32,000 bases of DNA from NCBI GenBank assembly GCA_947465395.1, contig CANIAL010000001.1:113672-145671 (forward strand), given 5' to 3'. The DNA comes from Alphaproteobacteria bacterium. GTDB lineage: Bacteria; Pseudomonadota; Alphaproteobacteria; Micropepsales; Micropepsaceae. The notes below the pieces were generated by a model. That model worked only from the letters and a program-made list of their open reading frames with translations. It was not told the origin of the DNA and did no database searches. Below are positions 1-10,620 of this stretch, in pieces. Both the position numbers and the translations under genes were made by a program. Position 1 is the first letter of the stretch. Every line of letters starts with the position of its first letter.

Positions 1-150
1 CGCTGGGTGGCGATGGCCGAACCGTTCCGGGGCGTTCTGGAATCGCCCATGGCCCTGTCCCTGGCGGCATGGGCCACGGGCGTCTGGGCTTCGGCCGCAT
101 CGCCCAACCCGCCCGCCTTTGACGACCTGCGCCCCTTTGACGAATTCTGA
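1..150 (+). CDS. 3' end of an unidentified CDS (partial, runs off the left edge)
   Basis: Frame 1 is open from position 1 to TGA at 148-150 (...AMAEPFRGVLESPMALSLAAWATGVW...DDLRPFDEF*). Third codon positions are GC-rich like the neighbouring genes. No family recognised. Confidence 0.35.
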   Translation, partial: RWVAMAEPFRGVLESPMALSLAAWATGVWASAASPNPPAFDDLRPFDEF

Positions 151-1009
151 CAGGCGCCTTCCGGTCGCGGCCGCCATCCGCGACGCCTATCGCTTCACCT
201 TTGAGCATCTGGGCGCGATCATCGGACTGATCTGGCTGCCCATGATCATCGGCACGGTGCTGGGATTTTTCATCAAGCAGCGCGCCTATCTGATTTTCGC
301 CAACGCCCTGGCGTCGGGCAATGACGCAAGGCTGGGTCCGGCCATGCTGGGACTGTTGTTCTATGGCCTGGCCTTCCTGCTGCTCACCGCCATGATGGCG
401 GTGCCGGTGACCGAGCTGGCGCTGGGCAAGCGGCAAAGCGGCACCCTGGCGCGATTTGCCTTTGGTCCCGCCGAATGGCGGCTGTTCAAATCCTCACTGG
501 GGTTGATGGCGTTCCTGATGGCGTCGCTGGTGCTGGCGGCCCTTGTGTCAAAGCTGGCGGTGCCGGCGGCCATGCAGATGGGCGCGGTGGCGCTGGCCAA
601 CCTGTTCATGGCGGGCTGGCTGCTGTTCTTCGCCATGCGGCTGGGGTTCCTGATGCCCGCCATCGCGGTCAGCGAAGATGCCGCCATCCTGCCGCGCAGC
701 TGGAAATTGTCGGCGGGAAATTTCTGGGCGCTGCTGGCGATCATGCTGGGTGCGGTGGGGCCGGTGCTGTTGCTGGCCGCGTTTGTGGAAATGCTGATCC
801 AGGGCCAGGCCGGGATCACGCCGGGCCTGCAAGGCCCCGCCTCGATGATGGCGGCGCAGCTGAACAGCGCCAGCCAGAACATGCCGCTGACAGCGGGGCT
901 GGATTTCCTGATGGCGCCGCTGGTGATGGGCCAGATGCTGGGCGCCGCGGCGGCGGCGTATCGCGCGCTGGCGGGCAGGGACAACCCGCTCGCTCCTGAC
1001 GGGCGCTGA
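119..1009 (+). CDS. Polytopic inner-membrane protein of unknown function
   Basis: 296-aa ORF with several long hydrophobic Ala/Leu/Met/Gly-rich segments (e.g. LGAIIGLIWLPMIIGTVLGFF, GLLFYGLAFLLLTAMMAV, LMAFLMASLVLAALV, LFMAGWLLFFAMRLGFLMPAIA). The start is uncertain: TTG at 119 or 137, and the first ATG at 242 lies inside the first TM segment. Its stop overlaps the next start by 1 nt (TGATG at 1007-1011). Confidence 0.6.
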   Translation: MTTCAPLTNSDRRLPVAAAIRDAYRFTFEHLGAIIGLIWLPMIIGTVLGFFIKQRAYLIFANALASGNDARLGPAMLGLLFYGLAFLLLTAMMAVPVTELALGKRQSGTLARFAFGPAEWRLFKSSLGLMAFLMASLVLAALVSKLAVPAAMQMGAVALANLFMAGWLLFFAMRLGFLMPAIAVSEDAAILPRSWKLSAGNFWALLAIMLGAVGPVLLLAAFVEMLIQGQAGITPGLQGPASMMAAQLNSASQNMPLTAGLDFLMAPLVMGQMLGAAAAAYRALAGRDNPLAPDGR

Positions 1010-2964
1010 TGTCCGCGCCGGATCTGGTCCAGGCAGCCCTGGCGCACCAGAAAAATGGCGAACATGAAATGGCGCTGGCCGGTTTTGACGCCGCGCTGGC
1101 CTTAACCCCCGATGACGCCGAAATACAGGCCAGCCGCGCCAACACGCTGGCCATACTGGGACGGCATGACGATGCGCTGGCCGGTTATGCCAGGGTCCTG
1201 GCGCTGCGCCCGGATGCGGCGGCCGCCTATTTCTATCGCGGGCACACATTGGCGGCGATGGGCCGGACAGCGGCGGCGCTGAACGATTATCAGCGCGCCG
1301 TGATGCTGGCGCCCGCTTTCCTGGCAGCCTTTATTGCGGCGGGAAAAATGCTGGAGGCGCTGAACCAGCCGCTTGCGGCGCTGGGCGCGTACCAGCGGGC
1401 GCTGGAATTGCAGCCCGGATCGGTGGAGGCGCTGTTCCATCGCGGCAACGCCCTGGCGACGCTGGAGCATTTCGCCAAAGCGGTGGAAAGCTATGATATC
1501 GCCCTGACGCGGACGGCGGATCAGGCCAATATCCGCAACAACCGCGCCTTGGCCCTGCAGCGGCTGTCGCGCTTTGCCGAGGCGATGGCGGATTACCGGC
1601 TGGTGATGGATCGGGCGCCCGGTCATCGCCAGGCGCTGGGCGGCCTGGCAATCGCGGCGCTGCATGCCTGTGACTGGCGCGGGCGCGACGACTTGCTGGC
1701 GCAGATGCAGGCGCGCATCGCGGACGGCAGCGCCGACATCGCCATGGGCACCTTGCAGGGTTACACGGGCGACCCCGTGCTGTTGCTGGAAAATGCGCGC
1801 GGCATACAGGCGCGGCGTTTGCCAACGCTGCCGCCGCCCTTGTGGCGGGGCAAGCCTTTTGCGGGGCCGAAGATCAAGCTGGCCTATTGCTCGGCGGATT
1901 TTAACCGCCACGCCACGGCGCATCTGATGGCCGAAGTGTTCGAGCGCCATGACCGTGACGCTTTCGAGGTGATCGCGATTGATTTCAGCAGGGATGATGG
2001 AAGTGCGGAACGGGCGCGCCTGACCCGCGCTTTCGACCAGTTTCATGTCGTGCGGGCCGAAAGCGATGCGGCCATTGCCGCGCGCATGGCGGAGATGGGC
2101 GTGGATATCGCGGTGGACCTGAAAGGCTTCACCAGCGAGGCGCGGCTGGGCATGTTTTCGGCGCGCCCCGCGCCGGTGCAGGTGAATTACCTGGGTTATC
2201 CCGGCAGCATGGGCGCGGCATACATGGATTATATATTGGGTGACGCGATCGTGACGCCGCCCGAACACCAACCCTTTTACAGCGAAACCATCATGGCGCT
2301 GCCGGATTGCTACCAGCCCAATGTTTCGGCGCGGGACGAAGACCCCATGCCGTCACGGGCCGAAGCGGGCCTGCCGGAGACAGGCCTTGTCTTTTGCTGC
2401 TTCAACAACAACTGGAAGATCGGCCCCCAGATGTTCGCCATCTGGATGCGGCTGCTGGCGGCCGTGCCGGGCAGCGTGCTGTGGCTGCTGGAAGACAATG
2501 CGGAAGCGGCTGGCAATCTGCGGCGCGAAGCGGCGGCGCAGGGCATCGCGGCAGATCGGCTGGTCTTTGCGCCGCGCGTCACCGCCCGCGCCCACATGGC
2601 ACGGCACAGGCTGGCCGATTTGTTCCTGGATACCTTGCCCTACAACGCTCACACCACCGCCAGCGACAGCATGTGGGCCGGCGTGCCGCTGGTGACATGT
2701 TTGGGGACAAGCTTCGCGGGGCGGGTGGGGGCCAGCATCGTCACCGCCATGGGGCTGCCGGAGCTGGTGACGAAGACGTTGGCGGATTACGAGGCGCTGG
2801 CGTTGGCCATCGCGCAAGACCCGGCGCGGCTGGCGGCGCTGAAGCAGAAGATGAAGGACGCTCGCGCAACCGCGCCCTTGTTCAACACTGTCCGCTTCAC
2901 GCGCAACCTGGAAGCCACCTATCGCACCATGCGCGACAAGTGGCTTGCTACTCCGCAGGTTTGA
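1009..2964 (+). CDS. TPR-repeat protein with C-terminal GT41 (SPINDLY/O-GlcNAc-transferase-like) glycosyltransferase domain
   Basis: The N-terminal ~200 aa are tandem 34-aa TPR-like units (ALA..AL.L.P....A...RG..L..LGR). The C-terminal half carries the COG3914/SPY-type pattern ([80 protein letters not shown]). Confidence 0.85.
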   Translation: MSAPDLVQAALAHQKNGEHEMALAGFDAALALTPDDAEIQASRANTLAILGRHDDALAGYARVLALRPDAAAAYFYRGHTLAAMGRTAAALNDYQRAVMLAPAFLAAFIAAGKMLEALNQPLAALGAYQRALELQPGSVEALFHRGNALATLEHFAKAVESYDIALTRTADQANIRNNRALALQRLSRFAEAMADYRLVMDRAPGHRQALGGLAIAALHACDWRGRDDLLAQMQARIADGSADIAMGTLQGYTGDPVLLLENARGIQARRLPTLPPPLWRGKPFAGPKIKLAYCSADFNRHATAHLMAEVFERHDRDAFEVIAIDFSRDDGSAERARLTRAFDQFHVVRAESDAAIAARMAEMGVDIAVDLKGFTSEARLGMFSARPAPVQVNYLGYPGSMGAAYMDYILGDAIVTPPEHQPFYSETIMALPDCYQPNVSARDEDPMPSRAEAGLPETGLVFCCFNNNWKIGPQMFAIWMRLLAAVPGSVLWLLEDNAEAAGNLRREAAAQGIAADRLVFAPRVTARAHMARHRLADLFLDTLPYNAHTTASDSMWAGVPLVTCLGTSFAGRVGASIVTAMGLPELVTKTLADYEALALAIAQDPARLAALKQKMKDARATAPLFNTVRFTRNLEATYRTMRDKWLATPQV

Positions 2965-5824
2965 GTTTCTTGGCGGATGCGGCCTTCAGCAGCGGTTTCA
3001 AATATTGGCCCGTGTAAGAGCGGGCATTCTTCGCCACATCTTCCGGCGTGCCGCTGGCCACGATCTCGCCGCCGCCATCGCCGCCTTCCGGGCCAAGGTC
3101 CACGATCCAGTCCGCGGTCTTGATCACTTCCAGATTGTGCTCGATCACGACAATCGTATTTCCACTGTCCACCAGCTCCTGCAGCACCTGCAAAAGCTTC
3201 TTGACGTCATGGAAGTGAAGTCCGGTAGTGGGTTCGTCCAGGATGTAAAGCGTGCGGCCGGTGGCGCGGCGCGACAATTCCTTGCTGAGCTTCACCCGCT
3301 GCGCTTCGCCGCCCGACAGAGTGGTGGCCTGCTGGCCGATGGAGATATAGCCCAGGCCAACCCGCTTCAGGGTTTCCAGCTTTTCGGAAATGGACGGCAC
3401 CGCCTTGAACAGGTCCGCGCCCGCTTCCACCGTCATGTCCAGTACATCGGAAATGGAATGGTCGCGGAACTTCACTTCCAGGGTTTCGCGGTTGTATCGC
3501 TTGCCCTTGCAGACATCGCATTGCACGTAAACGTCGGGCAGGAAGTGCATCTCGATCTGGATGACGCCGTCGCCCTGGCAGGCTTCGCAGCGCCCGCCCT
3601 TGACGTTGAAGCTGAAGCGGCCGGGCGCATAGCCACGCGCCTTTGATTCCGGCAATTCAGCGAACCAGTCGCGGATGGGCGTGAAGGCGCCCGTGTATGT
3701 CGCCGGGTTGGAACGCGGCGTGCGGCCAATGGGCGACTGGTCGATGTCGATAACCTTGTCCAGGAACTCCAGCCCCTCGATACGGTCATGGGGCGCAGGA
3801 TGTTCGCGCGCCTGGGCCAGCTTGCGAACCGCGGCTTTGTACAGCGTCTCGATGGTGAGCGTGGATTTGCCGCCGCCGGAAACGCCGGTGATGCAGGTCA
3901 TGGTGCCCAGCGGAATGCTGGCGGTGACGTTTTTGAGGTTGTTGCCGCGCGCCCCCACCACTTTCAGCCAGCGGTTATGGAGGGCCGGCCGGCGCTTTGC
4001 CGGCACGGGAATATTCTCCACGCCCGTGAGGTATTTGCCGGTCAGGCTTTTCTTGCTGGCCATGATTTGGGCCGGGGTGCCTTCGGCGATGATGTGGCCG
4101 CCATGCACGCCGGCGCCCGGCCCCATGTCGATGACATAATCGGCCTGGCGGATGGCGTCTTCGTCATGCTCCACCACGATCACGGTGTTGCCCATGTCGC
4201 GCAGGCCCTTCAGCGATTCCAGCAATTTGCCATTGTCGCGCTGGTGCAACCCGATGCTGGGTTCGTCCAGCACGTAAAGCACGCCCGTCAGGCCCGAGCC
4301 GATCTGGGAGGCCAGGCGGATGCGCTGGCTTTCGCCGCCCGACAGGGTGCCGGAGGCGCGCGCCAGGGTGAGATAATCCAGGCCCACATTGTTCAGGAAT
4401 TTCAGCCGGGCGCGGATTTCCTTTAATATGCGCGCGGCGATCTCGTTCTGCTGCTTGCTCAGTTTCTTGTCTATGTCGCGGAACCAGGCATCGCCCAGCC
4501 GGATGGATTGCTCGCAGACCTGGCCGATATGAAGGCCCCCGATCTTCACCGCCAGCGCCTCCGGCTTCAGGCGATAACCCTTGCAGACATCGCAGGGCGC
4601 CTCGGCCTGGAAACGCGCCAGGTCTTCCTGCACCCAGGCGGAATCGGTCTCGGTCAGGCGGCGGTCCATGTTGGGGATCACGCCTTCAAAGGCCTTGCGG
4701 GTTTCATAGCGCCGCGCGCCGTCATCATAGGTGAAGCGGATTTCCTCTTCGCCCGAACCATTCAGGATGATGTCGCGGGCCTTTTTGGGCAGGTCTTCCC
4801 ACGGCACGTTCATGGAGAATTTATAGTGCCGCGCCAGCGCCTCCAGCGTTTGCAGGTAATAAGGCGATGACGTCTTGGACCAGGGCGCCACCGCGCCCTT
4901 TTTCAAATTCAGGCTTTCATCAGGCACCACCAGAGCGGGGTCGAAATAATTCTGCACGCCCAAGCCGTCACATTCCGGGCAGGCGCCATGGGGATTGTTG
5001 AAGCTGAACAGGCGCGGCTCGATTTCCGTGATGGTGAAACCGGAAACGGGACAGGCGAATTTCGACGACATCATGATCTGCTTCGGCTTGCCGTCTTTTT
5101 CCTTCTCGTCGGCAAACTCGGCGATCATCAACCCATCGGCCAGGCCCAAAGCTGTCTCGATGGAATCCGGCAAGCGGTTGCCGATGTCGGGCTTGACCAC
5201 GATACGGTCCACCACGATCTCGATGTCATGCTTGAACTTCTTGTCCAACGTGGGCGTGGCGCCGATGTCATAGAATTTCCCGTCCACCTTGGCGCGCTGG
5301 AAGCCTTTCTTCTGAAGCTCGGCCAGCTCCTTGCGGTATTCGCCCTTGCGGCCGCGCACGATGGGCGCCAGCAGGAACAGGCGCGTGCCTTCGGGCAGGG
5401 CCAGGATGCGGTCGGCCATCTGGCTGACGGTCTGGCTTTCGATGGGCAAGCCCGTGGCCGGTGAATAGGGCACGCCCACACGTGCGAACAACAGGCGCAG
5501 ATAGTCATAGATTTCCGTGACCGTGCCCACGGTGGAACGCGGGTTCTTGGATGTCGTTTTCTGTTCGATGGAAATGGCGGGCGAAAGACCCTCGATATGG
5601 TCCACGTCCGGCTTTTGCATCAGTTCCAGGAACTGGCGGGCATAGGCCGACAGCGATTCCACATAGCGCCGCTGGCCTTCGGCATAGATGGTGTCAAAGG
5701 CCAGAGAAGATTTGCCCGACCCCGACAGGCCCGTCAGCACGGTCAGCGTGTCGCGCGGAATCTCGACATCCACATTTTTCAGATTGTGTTCGCGCGCGCC
5801 GCGTATGGTGATGTTCTTGAGCAT
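2948..5824 (-). CDS. uvrA: Excinuclease ABC subunit A
   Basis: Canonical UvrA N-terminus [65 protein letters not shown]. Two ABC modules are present ([18 protein letters not shown]; [16 protein letters not shown]) with zinc-finger CxxC pairs. The tracked ORF extends to 5938, but the conserved start is the ATG at 5824. Confidence 0.97.
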   Translation of the reverse strand: MLKNITIRGAREHNLKNVDVEIPRDTLTVLTGLSGSGKSSLAFDTIYAEGQRRYVESLSAYARQFLELMQKPDVDHIEGLSPAISIEQKTTSKNPRSTVGTVTEIYDYLRLLFARVGVPYSPATGLPIESQTVSQMADRILALPEGTRLFLLAPIVRGRKGEYRKELAELQKKGFQRAKVDGKFYDIGATPTLDKKFKHDIEIVVDRIVVKPDIGNRLPDSIETALGLADGLMIAEFADEKEKDGKPKQIMMSSKFACPVSGFTITEIEPRLFSFNNPHGACPECDGLGVQNYFDPALVVPDESLNLKKGAVAPWSKTSSPYYLQTLEALARHYKFSMNVPWEDLPKKARDIILNGSGEEEIRFTYDDGARRYETRKAFEGVIPNMDRRLTETDSAWVQEDLARFQAEAPCDVCKGYRLKPEALAVKIGGLHIGQVCEQSIRLGDAWFRDIDKKLSKQQNEIAARILKEIRARLKFLNNVGLDYLTLARASGTLSGGESQRIRLASQIGSGLTGVLYVLDEPSIGLHQRDNGKLLESLKGLRDMGNTVIVVEHDEDAIRQADYVIDMGPGAGVHGGHIIAEGTPAQIMASKKSLTGKYLTGVENIPVPAKRRPALHNRWLKVVGARGNNLKNVTASIPLGTMTCITGVSGGGKSTLTIETLYKAAVRKLAQAREHPAPHDRIEGLEFLDKVIDIDQSPIGRTPRSNPATYTGAFTPIRDWFAELPESKARGYAPGRFSFNVKGGRCEACQGDGVIQIEMHFLPDVYVQCDVCKGKRYNRETLEVKFRDHSISDVLDMTVEAGADLFKAVPSISEKLETLKRVGLGYISIGQQATTLSGGEAQRVKLSKELSRRATGRTLYILDEPTTGLHFHDVKKLLQVLQELVDSGNTIVVIEHNLEVIKTADWIVDLGPEGGDGGGEIVASGTPEDVAKNARSYTGQYLKPLLKAASAKKLKPAE

Positions 5825-6029
5825 TCCGTGTGTGCTTTTCCGTTTCAGGATGTCGAGATAACGCGCAGGCCGAGGCGCCGCATCAAGTTCCGCCGCCATG
5901 GACAAGGCTGCAGGGACAGCTCCCCATATAGGAAGCAAATGGAAAAGCGCCAGATGTGCGGGGCCAGGTTCCGGCAGGCGGCAGGTCTGTCAGGACATGG
6001 GTCATGGGCGCTGGGACATTTGTTGGGGA

Positions 6030-6058
6030 TTGACTCGAGTCACATGAGAACATAATAG
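6030..6058 (+). promoter_or_regulatory. Putative sigma70-type promoter reading toward ssb
   Basis: TTGACT at 6030-6035, followed by CATAAT at 6051-6056 (15-nt spacer) or TAATAG at 6053-6058 (17-nt spacer). It lies about 80 nt upstream of the ssb ATG, and its -10 region is overlapped by the GAAC-N7-GAAC box. Confidence 0.35.
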
Positions 6059-6062
6059 GAAC
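6048..6062. promoter_or_regulatory. LexA (SOS) operator of the alphaproteobacterial direct-repeat type
   Basis: Exact GAAC-ATAATAG-GAAC (GAAC-N7-GAAC) in the divergent uvrA/ssb intergenic region. It is the only such motif I found in that spacer. Confidence 0.6.
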
Positions 6063-6137
6063 AAATTGACTATGCGCAATGCATAGCCGTTCCGGGGCCT
6101 CTAAGGTTCGCCCCTCAATCGCAGCGAGGCAAGCGTC

Positions 6138-6608
6138 ATGGCGGGAAGCGTCAACAAGGTGATCCTGGTGGGCAATCTGGGCAAGGACCCGGAGGTGCGC
6201 CGCATGACGTCAGGCGATCCCGTCGTGAACCTGTCGGTGGCCACCTCGGAAAGCTGGCGGGACAAGGCCTCGGGCGAGAAAAAGGAAAAGACCGAGTGGC
6301 ACCGGGTGGTGATCTTCAACAAGAACCTGGCCGATGTGGCGGAGAAATACCTGCGCAAGGGCGCCAAGGTCTATCTGGAAGGCAGCTTGCAGACCCGCAA
6401 ATGGACCGACAAGGACGGGGCCGAGAAATACTCCACCGAGGTCGTGCTGCAGAATTTCAACGGCACGCTGGTGATGCTGGATGGCCGCAGCGGCGGCGGT
6501 GAAGGCAGCGGCGGCTCGTTTGGCGGCGGCGGTGCCGGCCGGTCCCAGGTCAGCGAAGGCGCGGCCAGCTTCCAGCGCGATGAGTTGGATGACGAGATTC
6601 CCTTCTAG
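6138..6608 (+). CDS. ssb: Single-stranded DNA-binding protein
   Basis: N-terminal OB fold with [21 protein letters not shown]...TEWHRVVIF, a Gly-rich linker, and the canonical acidic tail DDEIPF. Confidence 0.95.
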   Translation: MAGSVNKVILVGNLGKDPEVRRMTSGDPVVNLSVATSESWRDKASGEKKEKTEWHRVVIFNKNLADVAEKYLRKGAKVYLEGSLQTRKWTDKDGAEKYSTEVVLQNFNGTLVMLDGRSGGGEGSGGSFGGGGAGRSQVSEGAASFQRDELDDEIPF

Positions 6609-7242
6609 TCTTCGGGTCCCGGCGGCTTTTCTTTTCTGCTTGATGCTGTGTGGCTGCGCGGGTTCGTCCGGCGTGGCCGTGACCGCCATCACGCCGCCCG
6701 GTGCCGCCCGGGCCTATATTCCGCTGCACAAAAGCACCCATCTGGGCATGGACCAGGATGTGGGCGCCGGTGTCGCCATCGCGCCCGGCATCGCCGTCAC
6801 CAATGGCCATAACCGCAATCTGCTGGACCCGCGCCGGGTGATCGGGGAATCGGCGGGCTATGACCTTTTGTTTTTCCACACGGCGGATTTTTCGCCGCCG
6901 CTGGAGAGCGTTGCCCCCGCAGCCGGCATGGCCGTGACGGCCTATGGCCAGGGCGCCGGGAATGACCTTCGCCGCGCGCGGGGCGTGGTGCGCCAGATCG
7001 TGCCGGCGCCGGGCGGGACCGCCTATTTCACCTTTTCCAACCGCAAATCGGGCGCGGGCGATGCCGGGCCGGGCTTTTCGGGCGGCCCGGTGCTGGATGC
7101 GCAAGGCCGGTTGATGGGCATTGTCTTCGGTTTCAAGGACGATGAAAAAAGCCGCCAGAGACTCATTTACGCCTATGACATGGCGCGGGTGCGGGCCGAA
7201 CTTTCCGCATTGCAAAAGCCGCTTGCCACGCCTCAGAATTAG
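6589..7242 (+). CDS. Trypsin-like (S1 family) serine peptidase, predicted lipoprotein
   Basis: Signal peptide with lipobox-like [27 protein letters not shown]. Catalytic-triad-like motifs are present in order: VTNGHN (His), GYDLLFFH (Asp), GPGFSGGPV (Ser). Start is ATG at 6589 (or 6580); the tracked ORF start at 6481 lies inside ssb. Confidence 0.7.
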   Translation: MTRFPSSLRVPAAFLFCLMLCGCAGSSGVAVTAITPPGAARAYIPLHKSTHLGMDQDVGAGVAIAPGIAVTNGHNRNLLDPRRVIGESAGYDLLFFHTADFSPPLESVAPAAGMAVTAYGQGAGNDLRRARGVVRQIVPAPGGTAYFTFSNRKSGAGDAGPGFSGGPVLDAQGRLMGIVFGFKDDEKSRQRLIYAYDMARVRAELSALQKPLATPQN

Positions 7243-7265
7243 CGAGCCATAACAGCGGTTTACAC

Positions 7266-7287
7266 GGGGTTTTCCGGCCCCCCTTTT
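7266..7287 (+). terminator. Possible rho-independent terminator after the protease gene
   Basis: GGGGTT-TTCC-GGCCCC hairpin (4 G:C plus 2 G:U pairs) followed by CCTTTT, 24 nt downstream of the stop at 7242. The stem is short. Confidence 0.35.
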
Positions 7288-7366
7288 GCTGGTGCGCGGC
7301 ACTGCAAAATGCTAGGAATCGCGCCTGTTTTTTCCCGCCTTTTTTGCGGCACCTGAAGGGTCTTTT

Positions 7367-10102
7367 GTGAGCGACAATTCCACCACCGCCCCGCCGCCAG
7401 AAGGCATGCCCATCGCCTCGATCGCCATCGAGGACGAACTGAAGAAATCCTATCTCGATTACGCCATGAGCGTGATCGTCAGTCGTGCGCTGCCGGATGC
7501 GCGCGACGGTCTCAAGCCCGTCCATCGCCGCATTCTCTATTCGATGCACGAAAACGGCTATGACTGGAACAAGCCCTATCGCAAATGCGCCCGCATCGTG
7601 GGCGATGTGATGGGCAAGTATCACCCGCATGGCGACCAATCCATCTATGACGCCTTGGTGCGCATGGCCCAGGATTTTTCCATGCGCGGGCCCCTGATCG
7701 ACGGGCAGGGCAATTTCGGCAGCGTGGACGGCGATCCGCCCGCCGCCATGCGTTACACCGAAGCCCGCCGCGCCAAGCTGGCGCATGCCATGACCGAGGA
7801 TTTGGACAAGGACACGGTCAGCTTCCAGGAAAATTACGACGGCAGCGAACGCGAACCCACCGTGTTGCCGGCGCGCTTTCCCAATCTGCTGGTCAATGGT
7901 TCATCCGGCATCGCAGTGGGCATGGCCACCAACATCCCGCCCCACAATCTGGGCGAAGTGGCTGACGCCTGCCTGGCCTATATGGACGATCCCAGCATCA
8001 ATCTTGAGGCGCTGACCGAAATCGTGCCGGGGCCGGATTTTCCCACCGGCGCCCTGATCATCGGCAAGCAGGCGGCACGCGGCGCGCTGGCGCGCGGGCG
8101 CGGCTCGATATTGATGCGGGCGCGCTGCGCGGTGGAAGAAATCCGCAAGGACCGCGAAGCCATCATCGTCACGGAAATTCCCTACCAGGTGAACAAGGCT
8201 GTGCTGCAGGAACGCATTGCCGAACTGGTGCGGGACAAGCGCGTGGAAGGCATTTCCGACATCCGCGACGAAAGCGACCGCCATGGCATGCGCGTGGTGA
8301 TCGAACTGAAGCGGGATGCCTCATCCGAAGTGGTCCTGAACCAGCTTTATCGCTACTCCCAGCTCCAGACCAGCTTTGGCGTCAACATGCTGGCGCTGGA
8401 CGAGGGCCGTCCCGTCCAGATGAATCTCAAGGACATGCTGGTAGCCTTTGTCGCCTTCCGCGAGGATGTGGTGACACGGCGCACCAAGTTCGAACTGGCC
8501 AAGGCGCGCGACCGCGGCCATGTGCTGGTGGGCCTGGCGGTGGCGGTGGCGAATATTGACGAAATCATCCGCATGATCCGCGCCGCGCCCGATGTGGGAT
8601 CGGCGCGCGATTCCCTGATGGGCCGGGCCTGGCCCGCGCGTGACGTGGAATCGCTGGTCACGCTCATCGCCGATCCGCGCCATTTGGTGCTGGCCGACGG
8701 CACCATCCGCCTGACCGAAGAACAGGCCAAAGCCATCCTGGACCTGCGCCTGCAACGCCTGACGGCATTGGGCCGCGACGAAATCGGCGACGAAGCCCGC
8801 AAGCTGGGCGAGGCCATAAAGGATTATCTGGAGATTCTTGGCTCGCGCCCGCGCGTGCTGGGCATCATCCGCGAGGAGCTGGCCGTTGTCCGCAACGAAT
8901 TCGCCACGCCACGCAAGACCGAGCTGATTGATGCCGACATCGAGGTCGAAGACGAGGCGTTGATCGAGCGCGAGGAAGTGGCCGTCACCGTCACCCATGC
9001 CGGCTACATCAAGCGTACGCCCCTGGCCGACTATCGCGTGCAGGGCCGCGGCGGCAAAGGCCGCCAGGGCATGGCCACGCGGGACGAGGATTTCGTCACC
9101 AATCTCTTTGTCGCCTCCACCCATGCGCCCATGCTGTTCTTCTCCTCCACCGGCATGGTCTACAAGCTGAAGGTCTGGCGCCTGCCGGAAGCGCGCATCG
9201 CCGGCAAGGGCAAGGCCATGGTCAACCTTCTGCCGCTGTCGGAAGGCGAGCGCATCACCACCATCCTGGCGCTGCCCGAAAATGAGGCGGAGTGGGACAA
9301 GTTGAACGTTGTCTTTGCCACCCGTTCCGGCGATGTACGCCGCAACCAGCTCTCCGATTTCGCCAGCATCAACAAAAGTGGCAAGATCGCCATGAAGCTG
9401 GAGGCGGGCGACGGCATTGTCGGCGTCGCCACCTGCACCGAACAGGAAGATTTCCTGCTAACCACCTTGCGCGGCAAGGCCATCCGTTTCCCGGTCGCCG
9501 ATGTGCGCGTCTTCAAGGGCCGCGATTCCACCGGCGTGCGCGGCATCAAGCTGGTCAATGACGATCAGGTTGTCAGTCTTTCATTGCTCTATCATTCTGA
9601 CGCCGACAGCGCCGAGTCACGCACCTACCTCAGGCAGGCGGGCGCTGCGCGCCGTGTTGCCAGCGGCGAGGAGGAATCGCCCGAAGACGCTGCAGCTTTG
9701 GCGGCCGAAGAAGGCGCCGACAACAATGGCGAGGAAGTGGCCCTGACCGCCGAGCGCTATGCCGGCCTTGGCGCGCGGGAACAGTTCGTGCTGGCGGTGT
9801 CGGCCAATGGTTTCGGCAAGCGCACTTCGTCTTATGAATACCGCGTCACCGGCCGGGGCGGTTCGGGCATTGTCGCCATGGGCATGGGCAAGAAGAACAG
9901 CGCCATTATTGCCGCCTTCCCGGTGGAGGAAAATGACGACCTCATGCTGATCAGCGACCAGGGCCAGACCATCCGCGTGGCGGTCTCCAGCGTTTCCATC
10001 CAGGGCCGCGCCGCCCAGGGCGTCACCGTCTTCCGGCTGGATGACGGCGAACGGGCCGTGTCGGTGGAACGCATCGCGGACGCGGGCGGCGACCAGCAGT
10101 GA
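7367..10102 (+). CDS. gyrA: DNA gyrase subunit A
   Basis: GTG start. Motifs include [38 protein letters not shown], the active-site region AAMRYTEAR and the [23 protein letters not shown]. The C-terminal beta-pinwheel repeats carry an acidic insertion ([25 protein letters not shown]). Confidence 0.97.
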   Translation: MSDNSTTAPPPEGMPIASIAIEDELKKSYLDYAMSVIVSRALPDARDGLKPVHRRILYSMHENGYDWNKPYRKCARIVGDVMGKYHPHGDQSIYDALVRMAQDFSMRGPLIDGQGNFGSVDGDPPAAMRYTEARRAKLAHAMTEDLDKDTVSFQENYDGSEREPTVLPARFPNLLVNGSSGIAVGMATNIPPHNLGEVADACLAYMDDPSINLEALTEIVPGPDFPTGALIIGKQAARGALARGRGSILMRARCAVEEIRKDREAIIVTEIPYQVNKAVLQERIAELVRDKRVEGISDIRDESDRHGMRVVIELKRDASSEVVLNQLYRYSQLQTSFGVNMLALDEGRPVQMNLKDMLVAFVAFREDVVTRRTKFELAKARDRGHVLVGLAVAVANIDEIIRMIRAAPDVGSARDSLMGRAWPARDVESLVTLIADPRHLVLADGTIRLTEEQAKAILDLRLQRLTALGRDEIGDEARKLGEAIKDYLEILGSRPRVLGIIREELAVVRNEFATPRKTELIDADIEVEDEALIEREEVAVTVTHAGYIKRTPLADYRVQGRGGKGRQGMATRDEDFVTNLFVASTHAPMLFFSSTGMVYKLKVWRLPEARIAGKGKAMVNLLPLSEGERITTILALPENEAEWDKLNVVFATRSGDVRRNQLSDFASINKSGKIAMKLEAGDGIVGVATCTEQEDFLLTTLRGKAIRFPVADVRVFKGRDSTGVRGIKLVNDDQVVSLSLLYHSDADSAESRTYLRQAGAARRVASGEEESPEDAAALAAEEGADNNGEEVALTAERYAGLGAREQFVLAVSANGFGKRTSSYEYRVTGRGGSGIVAMGMGKKNSAIIAAFPVEENDDLMLISDQGQTIRVAVSSVSIQGRAAQGVTVFRLDDGERAVSVERIADAGGDQQ

Positions 10103-10614
10103 CAAATCCCAAAAAGCGGGTTGGCCTTTATCCCGGCACCTTCGATCCGGTGACGTTGGGGCATCTGGACATCATCAAGCGCGCCGTCAAGCTGGTGGAT
10201 CACCTGGTGATCGGTGTCGCAACCAATTCCACCAAAGAGCCGATGTTCACCCTGGACGAGCGCCTGGCCATGATGCGCCGCGAAGCCGCGCCGCTTGCCG
10301 AGGGCAGGGCCACCATCGAAGTGCAGGCTTTCGACATGCTGCTGGTGAAGTTCGCGGCCCATATCGGCGCGTCGGTCATCATTCGCGGATTGCGCGCCGT
10401 GTCAGACTTTGAATATGAATTCCAGATGGTGGCGATGAACCAGCGCCTCAACACGGAAATCGAAACCGTCTTCCTGATGGCCGACCCGCGCCACCAGGCC
10501 ATCGCCTCGCGCCTGGTGAAGGAAATTTCCAGGCTCGGCGGCGATGTCAGCGCCTTTACAACCCCCGCCATTGCCGCGGCATTGGTGCAACGCAGCTTGA
10601 AAAACAAGGACTAG
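10099..10614 (+). CDS. coaD: Phosphopantetheine adenylyltransferase
   Basis: [22 protein letters not shown] (T/HxGH nucleotidyltransferase motif) and typical length (171 aa). The GTG start overlaps the gyrA stop (GTGA at 10099-10102). Confidence 0.95.
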   Translation: MTNPKKRVGLYPGTFDPVTLGHLDIIKRAVKLVDHLVIGVATNSTKEPMFTLDERLAMMRREAAPLAEGRATIEVQAFDMLLVKFAAHIGASVIIRGLRAVSDFEYEFQMVAMNQRLNTEIETVFLMADPRHQAIASRLVKEISRLGGDVSAFTTPAIAAALVQRSLKNKD

Positions 10615-10620
10615 GACAGC

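Noticed and set aside
1102-2271. 389-aa minus-strand ORF opposite the TPR/GT41 gene. The other antisense or off-frame ORFs in 361-2817, 3207-5508, 7163-7786, 7901-9558, 9617-10362, 10402-12996, 14149-16445, 16403-17686, 17999-20303, 22336-23638 and 24365-30960 fall in the same class.
   Set aside because: Each overlaps a confidently assigned CDS on the other strand or frame and shows Arg/Ala/Pro/Gly-biased translation. I treat them all as non-coding shadow ORFs. I did not examine every one in depth.
5825-5938. 38-codon N-terminal extension of the uvrA ORF
   Set aside because: The conserved UvrA N-terminus ([15 protein letters not shown]) begins at the ATG at 5824. The extension has no counterpart in UvrA proteins.
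6031-6042. 12-bp perfect palindrome TGACTCGAGTCA, plus the nearby CTATGC-N5-GCATAG inverted repeat (6069-6085), as independent regulatory sites
   Set aside because: They are short, there is no second copy in the window, and the first overlaps a -35-like hexamer. There is not enough evidence to call a distinct operator, so it is only mentioned under the SOS-box finding.
7286-7366. Attempt to define a gyrA promoter (TTGCTG ... TGCTAGGAAT) and a T-rich hairpin (CCGCC-TTTTTT-GCGG) upstream of gyrA
   Set aside because: The spacer between the candidate -35 and -10 is about 21 nt, and the hairpin stem is only 4 bp. Neither is convincing.
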